Source of the DNA: a virus
Taxonomy: Duplodnaviria > Caudoviricetes
Virus record (IMG/VR): IMGVR_UViG_2548876809_000002
Span: 18,058 to 82,057 of that record
Reading direction: 5' to 3' (one strand)
Length of the DNA: 64,000 nt
In this document: piece after piece, positions 27,332 to 35,848 of the stretch
How the letters are laid out: the number at the start of each line of letters is the position of its first letter
How positions within the stretch are numbered: position 1 is the stretch's first letter
Translations under genes and position numbers: made by a program
Notes under the pieces: model-generated
Seen by the model: only the letters and a program-made list of their open reading frames with translations
Database searches by the model: none
What the model was told of the DNA's origin: nothing

Positions 27332-27510
27332 GGCAGCACCGTCGCGCAGATGGCACCGACCATGACGACCGCGCATGCGAACGCAGCGCCGCCAAAGACG
27401 GTGGCGAACTCGGGGTGCCGACCACGCAGGACCCGGCTGCTCCCCCATAGGAGTAAAACGAAGAGAAAAGTGCCGGCGGCGATCGCCAACGGCAGGCTGG
27501 CGCGACTCAT
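27328..27510 (-). CDS. Small two-TM membrane protein
   Basis: Two hydrophobic stretches; coupled. Confidence 0.5.
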   Translation of the reverse strand: MSRASLPLAIAAGTFLFVLLLWGSSRVLRGRHPEFATVFGGAAFACAVVMVGAICATVLP

Positions 27511-27983
27511 GCGAACTCACCGCATCCACGACCGACGAGCTCGCCGTTCTCGCCGCCCGTGAAGTCGCGCCAATGCACCCAACCCTTCGGACAGGCGAAG
27601 CCCCACTCGCGGACCTTGGGCCCGGTCATGAACAGCGACACCGCGCGCTCGCCGGGTAGGATCTCAAGACGGTGCAGCGCGTCGGCGCCGCGGCTGCCGA
27701 TCCACCCGGCCTCGCGCCTGAACGAACCCTCTGGCGTGTGCTCGACGTAGCGGCCCGAGAGCAGCATCGACGTGTTCGGCCACGGGTGGTCGTGCAGCGC
27801 GCGGTCATCGTCGCTGCGCAGGATCTCGTGCAGGTAGACGTTCGCGCCCTCATTGCGCGGCACGACCCACCAGCGGCGGAGATACGGTGCGGCGGCCTCG
27901 CCGATGATGAAGTCCGGCGCACGCGCCATGACGTCCTGCGCCCATTCCGCCATATCGGCGGCGGTGGCGTATCCGATGCTCAT
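27507..27983 (-). CDS. Cupin-fold phage protein
   Basis: LHDHPW...G.YVEH...HRL metal-binding pattern. Confidence 0.65.
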   Translation of the reverse strand: MSIGYATAADMAEWAQDVMARAPDFIIGEAAAPYLRRWWVVPRNEGANVYLHEILRSDDDRALHDHPWPNTSMLLSGRYVEHTPEGSFRREAGWIGSRGADALHRLEILPGERAVSLFMTGPKVREWGFACPKGWVHWRDFTGGENGELVGRGCGEFA

Positions 27984-28378
27984 ACCGATGCTCCCGCGCC
28001 GGCACGCCGGCAGTAATCGATGAAAGAGAGGTTGCAGTCGGCGTCGAGCCAGGCCTGATAGCGGCGCTGGCTGCGCGTCAGCTTGGGCGGCGGGGGGCTG
28101 TTCGCGGCGACGAACTCCCGGCCCTCGTCGGTGACGAAGAATGCATCCATGCCGCCATACATCTCGACGTTCGCCCGGCGCTTCATCAAACCGGCCTCGA
28201 ACAGCGCTATGCAGTGAGGGTGATCGTCGCTCCCGGCACCGGTGACGAAGTGCGAGCGATATTGGTCACCCTGACCATACTGGTCGACACCGAGGGCGTG
28301 CTGCAGGATATGCAGCTGGCGTGCGGCGGCGCCCGCGCGCACCGTAGGCGCAGAGACGATGATTGGACGATCAGTCAT
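27980..28378 (-). CDS. Hypothetical protein (132 aa)
   Basis: Coupled ORF. Confidence 0.6.
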   Translation of the reverse strand: MTDRPIIVSAPTVRAGAAARQLHILQHALGVDQYGQGDQYRSHFVTGAGSDDHPHCIALFEAGLMKRRANVEMYGGMDAFFVTDEGREFVAANSPPPPKLTRSQRRYQAWLDADCNLSFIDYCRRAGAGASV

Positions 28379-28406
28379 GACCGATTCCGATGTTGCGGAG
28401 TTTGAA

Positions 28407-28664
28407 ATGCCCCTGAAGTTTCAGGGCACGCTTGCCGGCGACCCGCAATTCGAGGGTATGAAGCGGCGGGTAACGATCACCCGGGCGGCTATCCTCAAGG
28501 CGATCGACCTGCCCCTCACCTTCGCGACGCAGGACATCTACGACGAGTTCTTCTCCGACATCTGGATGCAGGTGAGGAGCGAGGCTTGGCACAAACGGCC
28601 GGAGGGCGGCGCGATCCGCATCGACGTCGAAGACATCAGGGACGGGGAGCCGGGCGGAAACTGA
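28407..28664 (+). CDS. Counter-oriented hypothetical protein (MPLKFQGT..., 85 aa)
   Basis: GGAG RBS; protein-like composition; the opposite-strand ORF looks like a shadow. Confidence 0.5.
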   Translation: MPLKFQGTLAGDPQFEGMKRRVTITRAAILKAIDLPLTFATQDIYDEFFSDIWMQVRSEAWHKRPEGGAIRIDVEDIRDGEPGGN

Positions 28665-28672
28665 ACCACGCT

Positions 28673-28858
28673 TCACGACGGCATCCCGTCATGCTGGACG
28701 CCATTAAGCAGGCGCCCGGCGGCACTATTGTCCGGCCTCCGAACAACATGGAACTCGCCGCCACGGCGATCTTCGTCCGCGCGCCTGCGCTTCTCCGCCA
28801 AGACGCGTCCGAGCAGGTCATAGTCGTAGCGCTCAAAGCGCGTACCCTCGCCGATCAT
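28673..28858 (-). CDS. Hypothetical protein (61 aa)
   Basis: Coupled ORF. Confidence 0.4.
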   Translation of the reverse strand: MIGEGTRFERYDYDLLGRVLAEKRRRADEDRRGGEFHVVRRPDNSAAGRLLNGVQHDGMPS

Positions 28859-29061
28859 AGCGCACCCCGCATACGGACCGGGCCCGTGTCAGGCGTGTGG
28901 GGCTTGGCGGCGTCCCAGCGCGTCTCATCGACTTCGAACGGCGGACGTTCGCGGTTCCGGTGGCGGCAAAGCACCTTCCCGTTGCGCGTTGGCACGGTCG
29001 ACAGGCGGCGGAGCGGCAGGAAGTGACCGGTGGTCACCTCGACGTTGCGATACTGGGCCAT
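28855..29061 (-). CDS. Hypothetical protein (68 aa)
   Basis: Coupled ORF. Confidence 0.5.
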   Translation of the reverse strand: MAQYRNVEVTTGHFLPLRRLSTVPTRNGKVLCRHRNRERPPFEVDETRWDAAKPHTPDTGPVRMRGAL

Positions 29062-29336
29062 CAGCGCACCGCCTGCGCGGCGGGTGCCTGCTGCGCCTGG
29101 TGGACGAAGACCGGGAGGGCGTTGAACAGCATCGACGCCACCAGGATCACGGCGGCGATCAGCACGACCCGCGTCAGAACGAATTCCAGAAGCTCGGCGT
29201 TGGCGCGCATCCGATCGTTCTGGCGGCGCGCTGCGCGCTCCTCGTCAGCTATGCGGAACCAGTCGGCTGGCGTAAGTTCGATCGGCGCGACTTCGCGATC
29301 GCGCTGCTGCGCGATGGGGGTGCGGTCCATCTTCAT
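29061..29336 (-). CDS. Small membrane protein
   Basis: One TM helix; coupled. Confidence 0.55.
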   Translation of the reverse strand: MKMDRTPIAQQRDREVAPIELTPADWFRIADEERAARRQNDRMRANAELLEFVLTRVVLIAAVILVASMLFNALPVFVHQAQQAPAAQAVR

Positions 29337-29686
29337 ATCGTGGCATCCGTCCATTTGATCTCGCCCGAGGGCGTGATGATTTTGACACGCCGACCGTCGC
29401 GAGATTTCACGAGCAGCGGGCAACGGAGGTAGATCGTCTTGTAGATGTCCCAGGGGTCGCTGGGGTTCGGCATCAGCAGCGGCACCTGATACGACCAGAC
29501 CTTCTTGGCGCTGCTGCCGGGCTTCCGCGTCTCGAGCGTGGCGATCTGCTCCTTGGTCCAGGGCGAACCCTCGACCGCGGTTCCCTGCCAGACGTCATGC
29601 ATCGACGGTCGAACCTTGGGCCCGGACTGGAGCGCGATCTTAATCTCGAGCGCGGACAGGCGCGGCGTTTCTGCTGCGTCGGTCAT
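29333..29686 (-). CDS. Hypothetical protein (117 aa)
   Basis: Coupled ORF. Confidence 0.55.
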   Translation of the reverse strand: MTDAAETPRLSALEIKIALQSGPKVRPSMHDVWQGTAVEGSPWTKEQIATLETRKPGSSAKKVWSYQVPLLMPNPSDPWDIYKTIYLRCPLLVKSRDGRRVKIITPSGEIKWTDATI

Positions 29687-30120
29687 CAGCCGGAATATCC
29701 CGTATAGGCGTGACAGGCACCGCGCGCCGCGGCGTCGAGACGCAGCGCCTCGCGATAGTCGGCATCAGCGCGGGCGAGCGCAGCCTCGGTCACGCGGACA
29801 TGCTCGGCGCGGCCCTTACGCTCGGCCTCGAGCGCGACCGTCATCTGCCGCGCGCTGGGCTTGCGGTTAATCTTGGAGCGCTTGATCTCGTTGGCGTCGA
29901 TCGCGAGGATCGCCATGAAGGCATCGCAGTCGAGGCCGATCCGCTCCGCACGGAGCCCGATCTCAGACGCCAGATCGCGCACATACGCTTTCACCGCAGC
30001 CTGCACGTTCAAGTCATTGCGGACCCGCTCGTAACGCAGCTTGGCCTTCTCTGCCCGCATCCGGGCGAATACCGGGCGAAGCTCTGCGATAGCCAGATCA
30101 AGGTCGGGATCACGCGTCAT
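29686..30120 (-). CDS. Hypothetical helical protein
   Basis: ATGA coupling. Confidence 0.55.
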   Translation of the reverse strand: MTRDPDLDLAIAELRPVFARMRAEKAKLRYERVRNDLNVQAAVKAYVRDLASEIGLRAERIGLDCDAFMAILAIDANEIKRSKINRKPSARQMTVALEAERKGRAEHVRVTEAALARADADYREALRLDAAARGACHAYTGYSG

Positions 30121-30485
30121 CGCGGCGCGCCCTCGACATACGCCCAGCGCGCGCGGTGCGGCGACGCCTTCGCGTATGCCTTGCCCGCCTCGAAATGGTC
30201 GACGCGATACTTCGCCTGCCAAGTGCGCAGGCCGATGCTGTCCTTCTCCCGGTGCGCGCCCGAGCAGAGCGGCACGGCGTGATAGTCGGGGCTCTTGAGG
30301 CCAACGCCTTTCATGCCGTCAGCATCGGAGTGCGACGCTTCCATCACGCCGGAGCAGACATGCCCCGCCCGCCCCTCAATCAGGCAGGGGCGCTTCCGCA
30401 GCCAAGCAAGGTGGGTCGGGAAACGCCGGTCGGCATCCGCCTTCATGCTGTTGCGCTGGCGCGGCCGGACATCGACGCGGAACAT
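30117..30485 (-). CDS. DUF968-like HNH/His-Me finger protein
   Basis: C...C...SH...G.GLK.PD..AVPLC..AH pattern. Confidence 0.65.
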   Translation of the reverse strand: MFRVDVRPRQRNSMKADADRRFPTHLAWLRKRPCLIEGRAGHVCSGVMEASHSDADGMKGVGLKSPDYHAVPLCSGAHREKDSIGLRTWQAKYRVDHFEAGKAYAKASPHRARWAYVEGAPR

Positions 30486-30784
30486 CAGCGCTCGACCAAT
30501 ACGTAATGGGTGATCCCGCACAGGTCGCCGTGGTCACGGTTCCAGCGGCGCTCCCACGCGCCCGCCCGGCGCGGCGGCTGGAAATAGTCGAACTCGGATT
30601 CGAAGACGCACTGGATCTGCACCAGCGTCTGCGGCGGGAGCGGGCAATCGCCCCCTGCCCATGCGATCGGCTGCGCCTGCTCGGCGTCCAGCCCATCAAG
30701 CAACACCTTGTCGGTGACTGCCTTGCTGAAAACTTCGGGTGGTAGCAGGGCCACTTCGATCTCCTCGCCACCTGCATGCCGCAC
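30485..30784 (-). CDS. First gene of early-left operon, hypothetical
   Basis: Downstream of PL-like promoter; coupled. Confidence 0.5.
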   Translation of the reverse strand: MRHAGGEEIEVALLPPEVFSKAVTDKVLLDGLDAEQAQPIAWAGGDCPLPPQTLVQIQCVFESEFDYFQPPRRAGAWERRWNRDHGDLCGITHYVLVER

Positions 30785-30817
30785 GGCGCGGCTGATCAGG
30801 TGGCGAGGAGAACTTTA

Positions 30818-30864
30818 TGCGGGGAGTTTCCCGCAGTCAATAGGAGCGCGGGATGTTTCCCGCT
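30818..30864. promoter_or_regulatory. OL operators and PL-like promoter of prophage B
   Basis: TGCGGG-N6-CCCGCA and CGCGGG-N6-CCCGCT; minus-strand TTGACT-N17-TAAAGT. Confidence 0.7.
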
Positions 30865-30870
30865 TTTTTA

Positions 30871-31209
30871 TCAGCTGGAGGCCTTCAGGCCCACGCATTG
30901 TTTCCAAATTCCGCCAATCGTGCCGAACTTTTTGCGCCACTCCACGCGGCTGCCTGCACCTTCGGGGATCACCGTGAAGGCCATCGAAACGCCTCCATAG
31001 CCATTCTTGATCAGGACGACCTTGGACCCGTTGTCTTGGTCCAAGGCGGCCGTGTTATTCTTGTTCGCAAGGCAGAACGCGACCTTGTTGGCCGAGTCTT
31101 GCGAATGAAATGTCTCGGTGACCGGGCCATTCAAGACGGTTTGCGTAGAGGCGCAACCTGCCAAAAGAGCCGCTGCCCCCAGCGTACCCAAAACTAGGAC
31201 CTTCATCAT
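30871..31209 (-). CDS. Lipoprotein, candidate superinfection exclusion
   Basis: Signal peptide with LAGC lipobox; lies between cI and OL. Confidence 0.65.
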   Translation of the reverse strand: MMKVLVLGTLGAAALLAGCASTQTVLNGPVTETFHSQDSANKVAFCLANKNNTAALDQDNGSKVVLIKNGYGGVSMAFTVIPEGAGSRVEWRKKFGTIGGIWKQCVGLKASS

Positions 31210-31245
31210 ATTCCCCCGTTTCACCTCGCACAGCGCGAGGCATTC

Positions 31246-31971
31246 CTACATCCCGAAAGCCTCATCCCAGGGCATGACCCGGTGGACCTCCCGGTAAAGC
31301 CTCGAATCCAACCTGAAGATTGCTGGCGGATTGAATTGCTCGAGCTCGATATACGTTGCGGACCGACGCACCAGTCGCTTGATAAGCACGCCCGCGGCAT
31401 CTGCGCCATCGGTACGATCTCGCAGGTAAACAACGACATAATCCCGCATATTTGGCGGGCGCTTAGGGTCGACGATGATCCCTTGACCGCTCTCGTATGC
31501 TGGCTCCATCGAAACGCCGGCGACGTACAGGCCATAGATATCGCGTCGGTTCATCAGGTTGGGTGGCCGCCGGAAACGGTCCACCACTTCTGCCATGTTC
31601 AGATCGGTTTGTTCGATCGCGAGGCTTCCATCGAAATCGCCACTGAACTGCTGTTCCCCGCCCAACGCGGTGCCGTACACAGGTATATCCTGAAGCATAT
31701 CCTGTGGTTCGGGGATCAATGCTCGGATCTCGCTCGAAGGCTCAAGTCCGGCCCCTGGTTGATCAGTGGTGCCTTGCAGGTAATCAACAGTGGTTTCGAG
31801 AACCCCAGCGAGAGCTTGCAAGCGAGACGCAAGTGGTCGAGCACCACGCCGAATATCACGTATTAGGTCCGGCTTGCCCACTGCCGTAAGTGACGCTTTG
31901 CGATCACTCACGCCGAGCGCGTTCAGTCGCTCGTCGATTCGATCTATGAGAACGATATTCGGTTCAGCCAT
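31246..31971 (-). CDS. CI-like repressor with S24 peptidase domain
   Basis: N-terminal HTH; GVSMEP catalytic Ser; IKRL catalytic Lys. Confidence 0.85.
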   Translation of the reverse strand: MAEPNIVLIDRIDERLNALGVSDRKASLTAVGKPDLIRDIRRGARPLASRLQALAGVLETTVDYLQGTTDQPGAGLEPSSEIRALIPEPQDMLQDIPVYGTALGGEQQFSGDFDGSLAIEQTDLNMAEVVDRFRRPPNLMNRRDIYGLYVAGVSMEPAYESGQGIIVDPKRPPNMRDYVVVYLRDRTDGADAAGVLIKRLVRRSATYIELEQFNPPAIFRLDSRLYREVHRVMPWDEAFGM

Positions 31972-32046
31972 GCGGGCTTCCTCCCGCAAACCGACCGAAA
32001 ACGCATGCGGGAAGTTTCCCTTGACAGGTGCGGGACGCGGCCCGCA
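31971..32046. promoter_or_regulatory. OR operators 1-3 and PR-like promoter of prophage B
   Basis: TGCGGG-N6-CCCGCA at 31971 and 32029, a degenerate copy at 32006; TTGACA at 32021. Confidence 0.75.
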
Positions 32047-32076
32047 TATAGGCGTTGCAATCACGAGAGCGACGCA

Positions 32077-32286
32077 ATGCCAGAGACGCCATTCCTTGCC
32101 GACGTAGACCGATTTCTCGCCGCTTCGAGGATGGCTGAAAGCGCGTTCGGTCGCGCCGCGGTAAACGACTGGAAGTTCATTTCCCAGTTGCGTGCTGGCC
32201 GCCGGGTATGGCCCGAGACCGAGGCGAAGGTTCGGAAGTTCATGGCTTCATATCGTCCGGCCAACCAAGAGCGGGAGGCGGCATGA
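32077..32286 (+). CDS. Cro-like protein
   Basis: FLAASRMAESAFGRAAVND..F...LR.GR pattern, divergent from cI. Confidence 0.75.
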   Translation: MPETPFLADVDRFLAASRMAESAFGRAAVNDWKFISQLRAGRRVWPETEAKVRKFMASYRPANQEREAA

Positions 32287-32474
32287 CGCACGCCGAGGAC
32301 ATCGCTCGCGGCGACGCGGAGATCGCCGCGCTCGTGGCGAAGCTCGACACCGTCCCCGGTACGCGCTGTGCCGTGTGCCGGCTCCCCGTCTGCGGGCACT
32401 CCGACGCGGAATATGCCGGTGTCGTTTGTCTCAAGGCGGATCATCAACTTCATGCAGAGAGCGATAAGGCATGA
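32283..32474 (+). CDS. Small Cys/His hypothetical protein
   Basis: ATGA coupling. Confidence 0.5.
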   Translation: MTHAEDIARGDAEIAALVAKLDTVPGTRCAVCRLPVCGHSDAEYAGVVCLKADHQLHAESDKA

Positions 32475-32947
32475 GCCTCGACCAGTCCGCGAATTTGCCG
32501 CCCCTCATTTCCCGCGAGCGCGGCCATGACGCAGTGCGCGATGCGCTGCGCCTCTTCATCGGTCGCGGTCGTCGCTATTCGGTCAAGCAGGTCTCGAACG
32601 CCACGGGCGTGAAGGATCGGGTGATCGAATGCGCGATGACCCTCGCGGCGGATCCCGAGTGCCGGTCCATTCACATTGGCGACTTGCTATCGATCGCGGG
32701 CTTCCTCGGCCCCGAGTTCACGACCGAGTGGCTGCTGCTCGCGCAACAGGCCGCGGTCGCGCTCCCCGATGCCGACGAGCCCGGGCCCGGACAGCTGGCG
32801 GCCGACGTTGCCGACGACACAGCGACGATCGTGCGCGCAGCCCGCGACGGTGTTTTTGATCGGGAGGAGCGGCGCGACCTGAAAGCGGTCGGTGCCCGGA
32901 TGATTTTGCACGGCGGGGCGCTCGTACAGCTTCGCGCCATAGGTTGA
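32471..32947 (+). CDS. CII-like regulatory protein
   Basis: Position after cro; helical composition. Confidence 0.5.
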   Translation: MSLDQSANLPPLISRERGHDAVRDALRLFIGRGRRYSVKQVSNATGVKDRVIECAMTLAADPECRSIHIGDLLSIAGFLGPEFTTEWLLLAQQAAVALPDADEPGPGQLAADVADDTATIVRAARDGVFDREERRDLKAVGARMILHGGALVQLRAIG

Positions 32948-32984
32948 GGATCAACGCCGGGGCGACCGGCAGGGAGTAACGACA

Positions 32985-33182
32985 ATGCCGAACACCATCA
33001 GGGTGGTGGCGACGAAGGTCGCTTCTACCGGAGAGAAACTGCGCCCGGCGGCTGTGCTGCCGATGTCGCGTATCATCATCACCGGCGGCGAGTGCTTCGG
33101 CTTCATGCCGATCAGCGACGTCCGCAAGGTCCCGGTTTCGCGCGTGCTGCGAATGAACCGCCTGATCCAAGGCGCTGTATAA
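32985..33182 (+). CDS. Hypothetical protein (65 aa)
   Basis: GGGAG RBS; coupled. Confidence 0.55.
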   Translation: MPNTIRVVATKVASTGEKLRPAAVLPMSRIIITGGECFGFMPISDVRKVPVSRVLRMNRLIQGAV

Positions 33183-33361
33183 TGGCTGACCAGCTCGACC
33201 AAGCTGCCGAGATCACCGATCTCTACCTGCAGCGCAGCATCCGCGCCGCGCGCCAGCCCGTCCCAGTCGGCGTGCCCGGCGAGTGCGAGACCTGCTTTGA
33301 GGACAGCCCCCGCCTGGTCGGCGGATGCTGTGCCCCTTGCCGCGATGGGAAGCGCCGATGA
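33182..33361 (+). CDS. TraR/DksA-like C4 zinc-finger protein
   Basis: MADQLDQA (D3/D6/A8), C-x2-C...C-x2-C. Confidence 0.7.
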   Translation: MADQLDQAAEITDLYLQRSIRAARQPVPVGVPGECETCFEDSPRLVGGCCAPCRDGKRR

Positions 33362-33885
33362 CGCGCGCATGCTCCGATTGTGCTGGCCCGATCAGCCGCT
33401 GCTCGAAAGGCCGCTGCCGTGCGTGCGCAACCGCGCGCCTCAATAGTGACCCCGCGATCATTGCGCGTCGCCATGCCGCCATCAGCGCGGCGGCGGCGAA
33501 GCCTGGGGCAAACGATGCGAGGAAGGCCTCGCTCGCGCGCTACATCGCGAACATGCCGGAGGCCGAGGTCGAGCGGCGCCGCGCCAACGGTCGCCGTCTC
33601 GCGCGCGACGTGCTCAGCCGCCCCGAGGTGAAGGCAAAGGCGTCATCGGCAGAGGTCCGCGCCCGCGCCGGGCGGGCGAAGACCGAGACCATGCTCGGCT
33701 GGTGCCCACCCGCGTTGCGCGAGTCCTATCGGCACCTGCTCAAGAAGGGATACCTCGCCGCGGACGCCCGCCGGATGATCGAGGCCGAGATCCCGGAGAC
33801 GGCGGCGCACACTAAGCGAGTGCTCGCCAATCACCGCGACGTTCAGCGCATCCGCGCCGAGCGTGAGCAGGCGCAGGCATACTGA
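33358..33885 (+). CDS. Zn-finger, Arg/Ala-rich hypothetical protein
   Basis: C-x2-C...C-x2-C at N-terminus; coupled. Confidence 0.55.
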   Translation: MTRACSDCAGPISRCSKGRCRACATARLNSDPAIIARRHAAISAAAAKPGANDARKASLARYIANMPEAEVERRRANGRRLARDVLSRPEVKAKASSAEVRARAGRAKTETMLGWCPPALRESYRHLLKKGYLAADARRMIEAEIPETAAHTKRVLANHRDVQRIRAEREQAQAY

Positions 33886-35048
33886 TGACCGCCGCGCAGA
33901 TCCTCATCGGTGACGTCCGCGAGCAGCTGGCGCGAATCCCGTCGAATTCGGTCGACTGTTGCGTGACATCGCCGCCGTATTGGGGGCTGCGCGACTATGG
34001 CGTGATCGGACAGATCGGGCTCGAGCCGACGCTCGGCGAGCACCTCGCCGTGATGGTCGAGGTGTTTCGCGAGGTTCGCCGGGTCCTGAAAGCACAGGGC
34101 ACCTGCTGGCTGAACTATGGCGACTGCTATGCGGCGGCACCGAACGGGAAGTCGGTAGAAGCCTATAAGGCCGACGGCAGCGATGACCGCACGTTCCGCG
34201 ACAAGCCGTTCTCGACGGTTGGGCCGATCTACGATCCGAACCACCAAGGCGGCCGGAACAAGACACCAAACATCGGCGGCATCAGTGGAAAGGGTCAAGC
34301 TCCCTCCCGCGGTGCGATCGTCGCCGGTGGGTTCCTGAAGCCGAAGGATCTCTGCATGATCCCTAACCGGCTCGCGATCGCCTTGCAGGATGACGGTTGG
34401 TACGTCCGCTCGGAGATCATCTGGCACAAGCCGAACCCGATGCCGGAGAGCGTGTACGACCGCCCGACGACCGCGCACGAGAAGATCTGGCTCCTGAGCA
34501 AGGGTGAGGACTACTTCTACAACCACGCCGCAATTCGGGAGCCGGTGACCGGTGGTGCCCATGCCCGCCGTCCAGGACCGAACAGCCGTCAGAACGTCGA
34601 CCGCGTGCCGGTGCCTCGTAAGGGCAAGACAGCAGCAGCTGGTAGCGGCATTCGCAACAACGAGAGTTTCTCAGCTGCGGTGGCCGACATCGTCAGCGAC
34701 ACGAAGAACGCGCGCAACGTGTGGACGATCGCGCCGAAGCCGTTCCGTGAAGCCCACTTCGCGACATTCCCGCCAGCGTTAGCCGAGCGATGCGTGAAGG
34801 CCGGATGCCCAACGACGGTCTGCGGTTACTGCGGCGCGACCGACGGCTGCGGTGCGATTTGCGCAACGTTCGACCGCAAGCCAGGCGTCGTGCTCGATCC
34901 CTTCGGCGGCGCTGGGACGGTCGGGCTCGTCGCGGAAGAAATGGGGCTCGGCTCCATCCTGATCGAGCTTAACCCTGAATACGCCGCGATCGCTGATCGC
35001 CGGATCGCCGAGGCGCGCACACCAATCACCAAGGGAGAACGACCATGA
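33885..35048 (+). CDS. DNA amino-methyltransferase (N4-mC/N6-mA, beta class)
   Basis: TSPPYW motif IV at N-terminus; [10 protein letters not shown] motif I at C-terminus. Confidence 0.9.
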   Translation: MTAAQILIGDVREQLARIPSNSVDCCVTSPPYWGLRDYGVIGQIGLEPTLGEHLAVMVEVFREVRRVLKAQGTCWLNYGDCYAAAPNGKSVEAYKADGSDDRTFRDKPFSTVGPIYDPNHQGGRNKTPNIGGISGKGQAPSRGAIVAGGFLKPKDLCMIPNRLAIALQDDGWYVRSEIIWHKPNPMPESVYDRPTTAHEKIWLLSKGEDYFYNHAAIREPVTGGAHARRPGPNSRQNVDRVPVPRKGKTAAAGSGIRNNESFSAAVADIVSDTKNARNVWTIAPKPFREAHFATFPPALAERCVKAGCPTTVCGYCGATDGCGAICATFDRKPGVVLDPFGGAGTVGLVAEEMGLGSILIELNPEYAAIADRRIAEARTPITKGERP

Positions 35049-35848
35049 GCGACGTGATCGCATCCGACCAATTGCGCCTCCTGATCGAGCGCATTGAGCG
35101 GCTCGAAGAAGAGAAGAAAGGCATCGCTGACGACATCAAGGATGTCTACGGCGAGGCGAAATCGACTGGGTTTGACGTAAAGACAATCCGTGCGATCATC
35201 CAGCTGCGCAAGATGGACGTCAACTCGCGCCGCGAAGCCGAAGCTTTGCTGGATACCTACAAGGCCGCGCTCGGGATGCTCGACGGCACCCCCTTGGGCC
35301 ACTGGGCGCTCGAACGTCTTTCGAAGAAGCCTGACGATCAAATCGGGGCCGAAGAGGATGCATCGACAGCCGACGGCGAGACCTACGACGCCGCGGTAAA
35401 GCTGGTGCTCACCAGCCGCAAAGCCGCGGTATCATGGCTGCAGCGCCAGTTGCGTATCGGATATAATTCCGCCGCACGGCTTGTTGAGCGGATGCAAACG
35501 GAAGGCTTGGTATCTGCACCGGATCATATCGGCCGCCGGGAAGTCATTGCACCCGCGCCGGAAGGCACCGACGCGGCTGAAACGGCCGATGTGACCGAGC
35601 CTGTAGCGCCTGAACCTACAGTCGAAGACGCCAGCGTGATAGGTCAAGAAGCGGCGCGGGCAGGTGCTCCGGTCACCGCGAACCCCTTCCCTGCACGCGA
35701 CGTCCGGCGCGCAGCATGGGACGAAGCATGGTGCAAAGAATTGGGCAGCGATGGAATGGACATTCCTGATGCGCTGAAGCCGGCGGCTAAGCCCAAGAAG
35801 GAGGACGGTTCGGCACCCGCCGATGAGCCCAAGGCGGCGGGGCAATGA
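35045..35848 (+). CDS. GapR (DUF2312) + FtsK-gamma fusion protein with Rmf-like C-terminal motif
   Basis: [29 protein letters not shown]; [17 protein letters not shown]; NPF...RRAAWDEAW. Confidence 0.8.
   Translation: MSDVIASDQLRLLIERIERLEEEKKGIADDIKDVYGEAKSTGFDVKTIRAIIQLRKMDVNSRREAEALLDTYKAALGMLDGTPLGHWALERLSKKPDDQIGAEEDASTADGETYDAAVKLVLTSRKAAVSWLQRQLRIGYNSAARLVERMQTEGLVSAPDHIGRREVIAPAPEGTDAAETADVTEPVAPEPTVEDASVIGQEAARAGAPVTANPFPARDVRRAAWDEAWCKELGSDGMDIPDALKPAAKPKKEDGSAPADEPKAAGQ

Noticed and set aside
28371-28676. Minus-strand 101-aa ORF as the real gene
   Set aside because: Composition is typical of the antisense of a high-GC gene; kept only as a caveat in the finding
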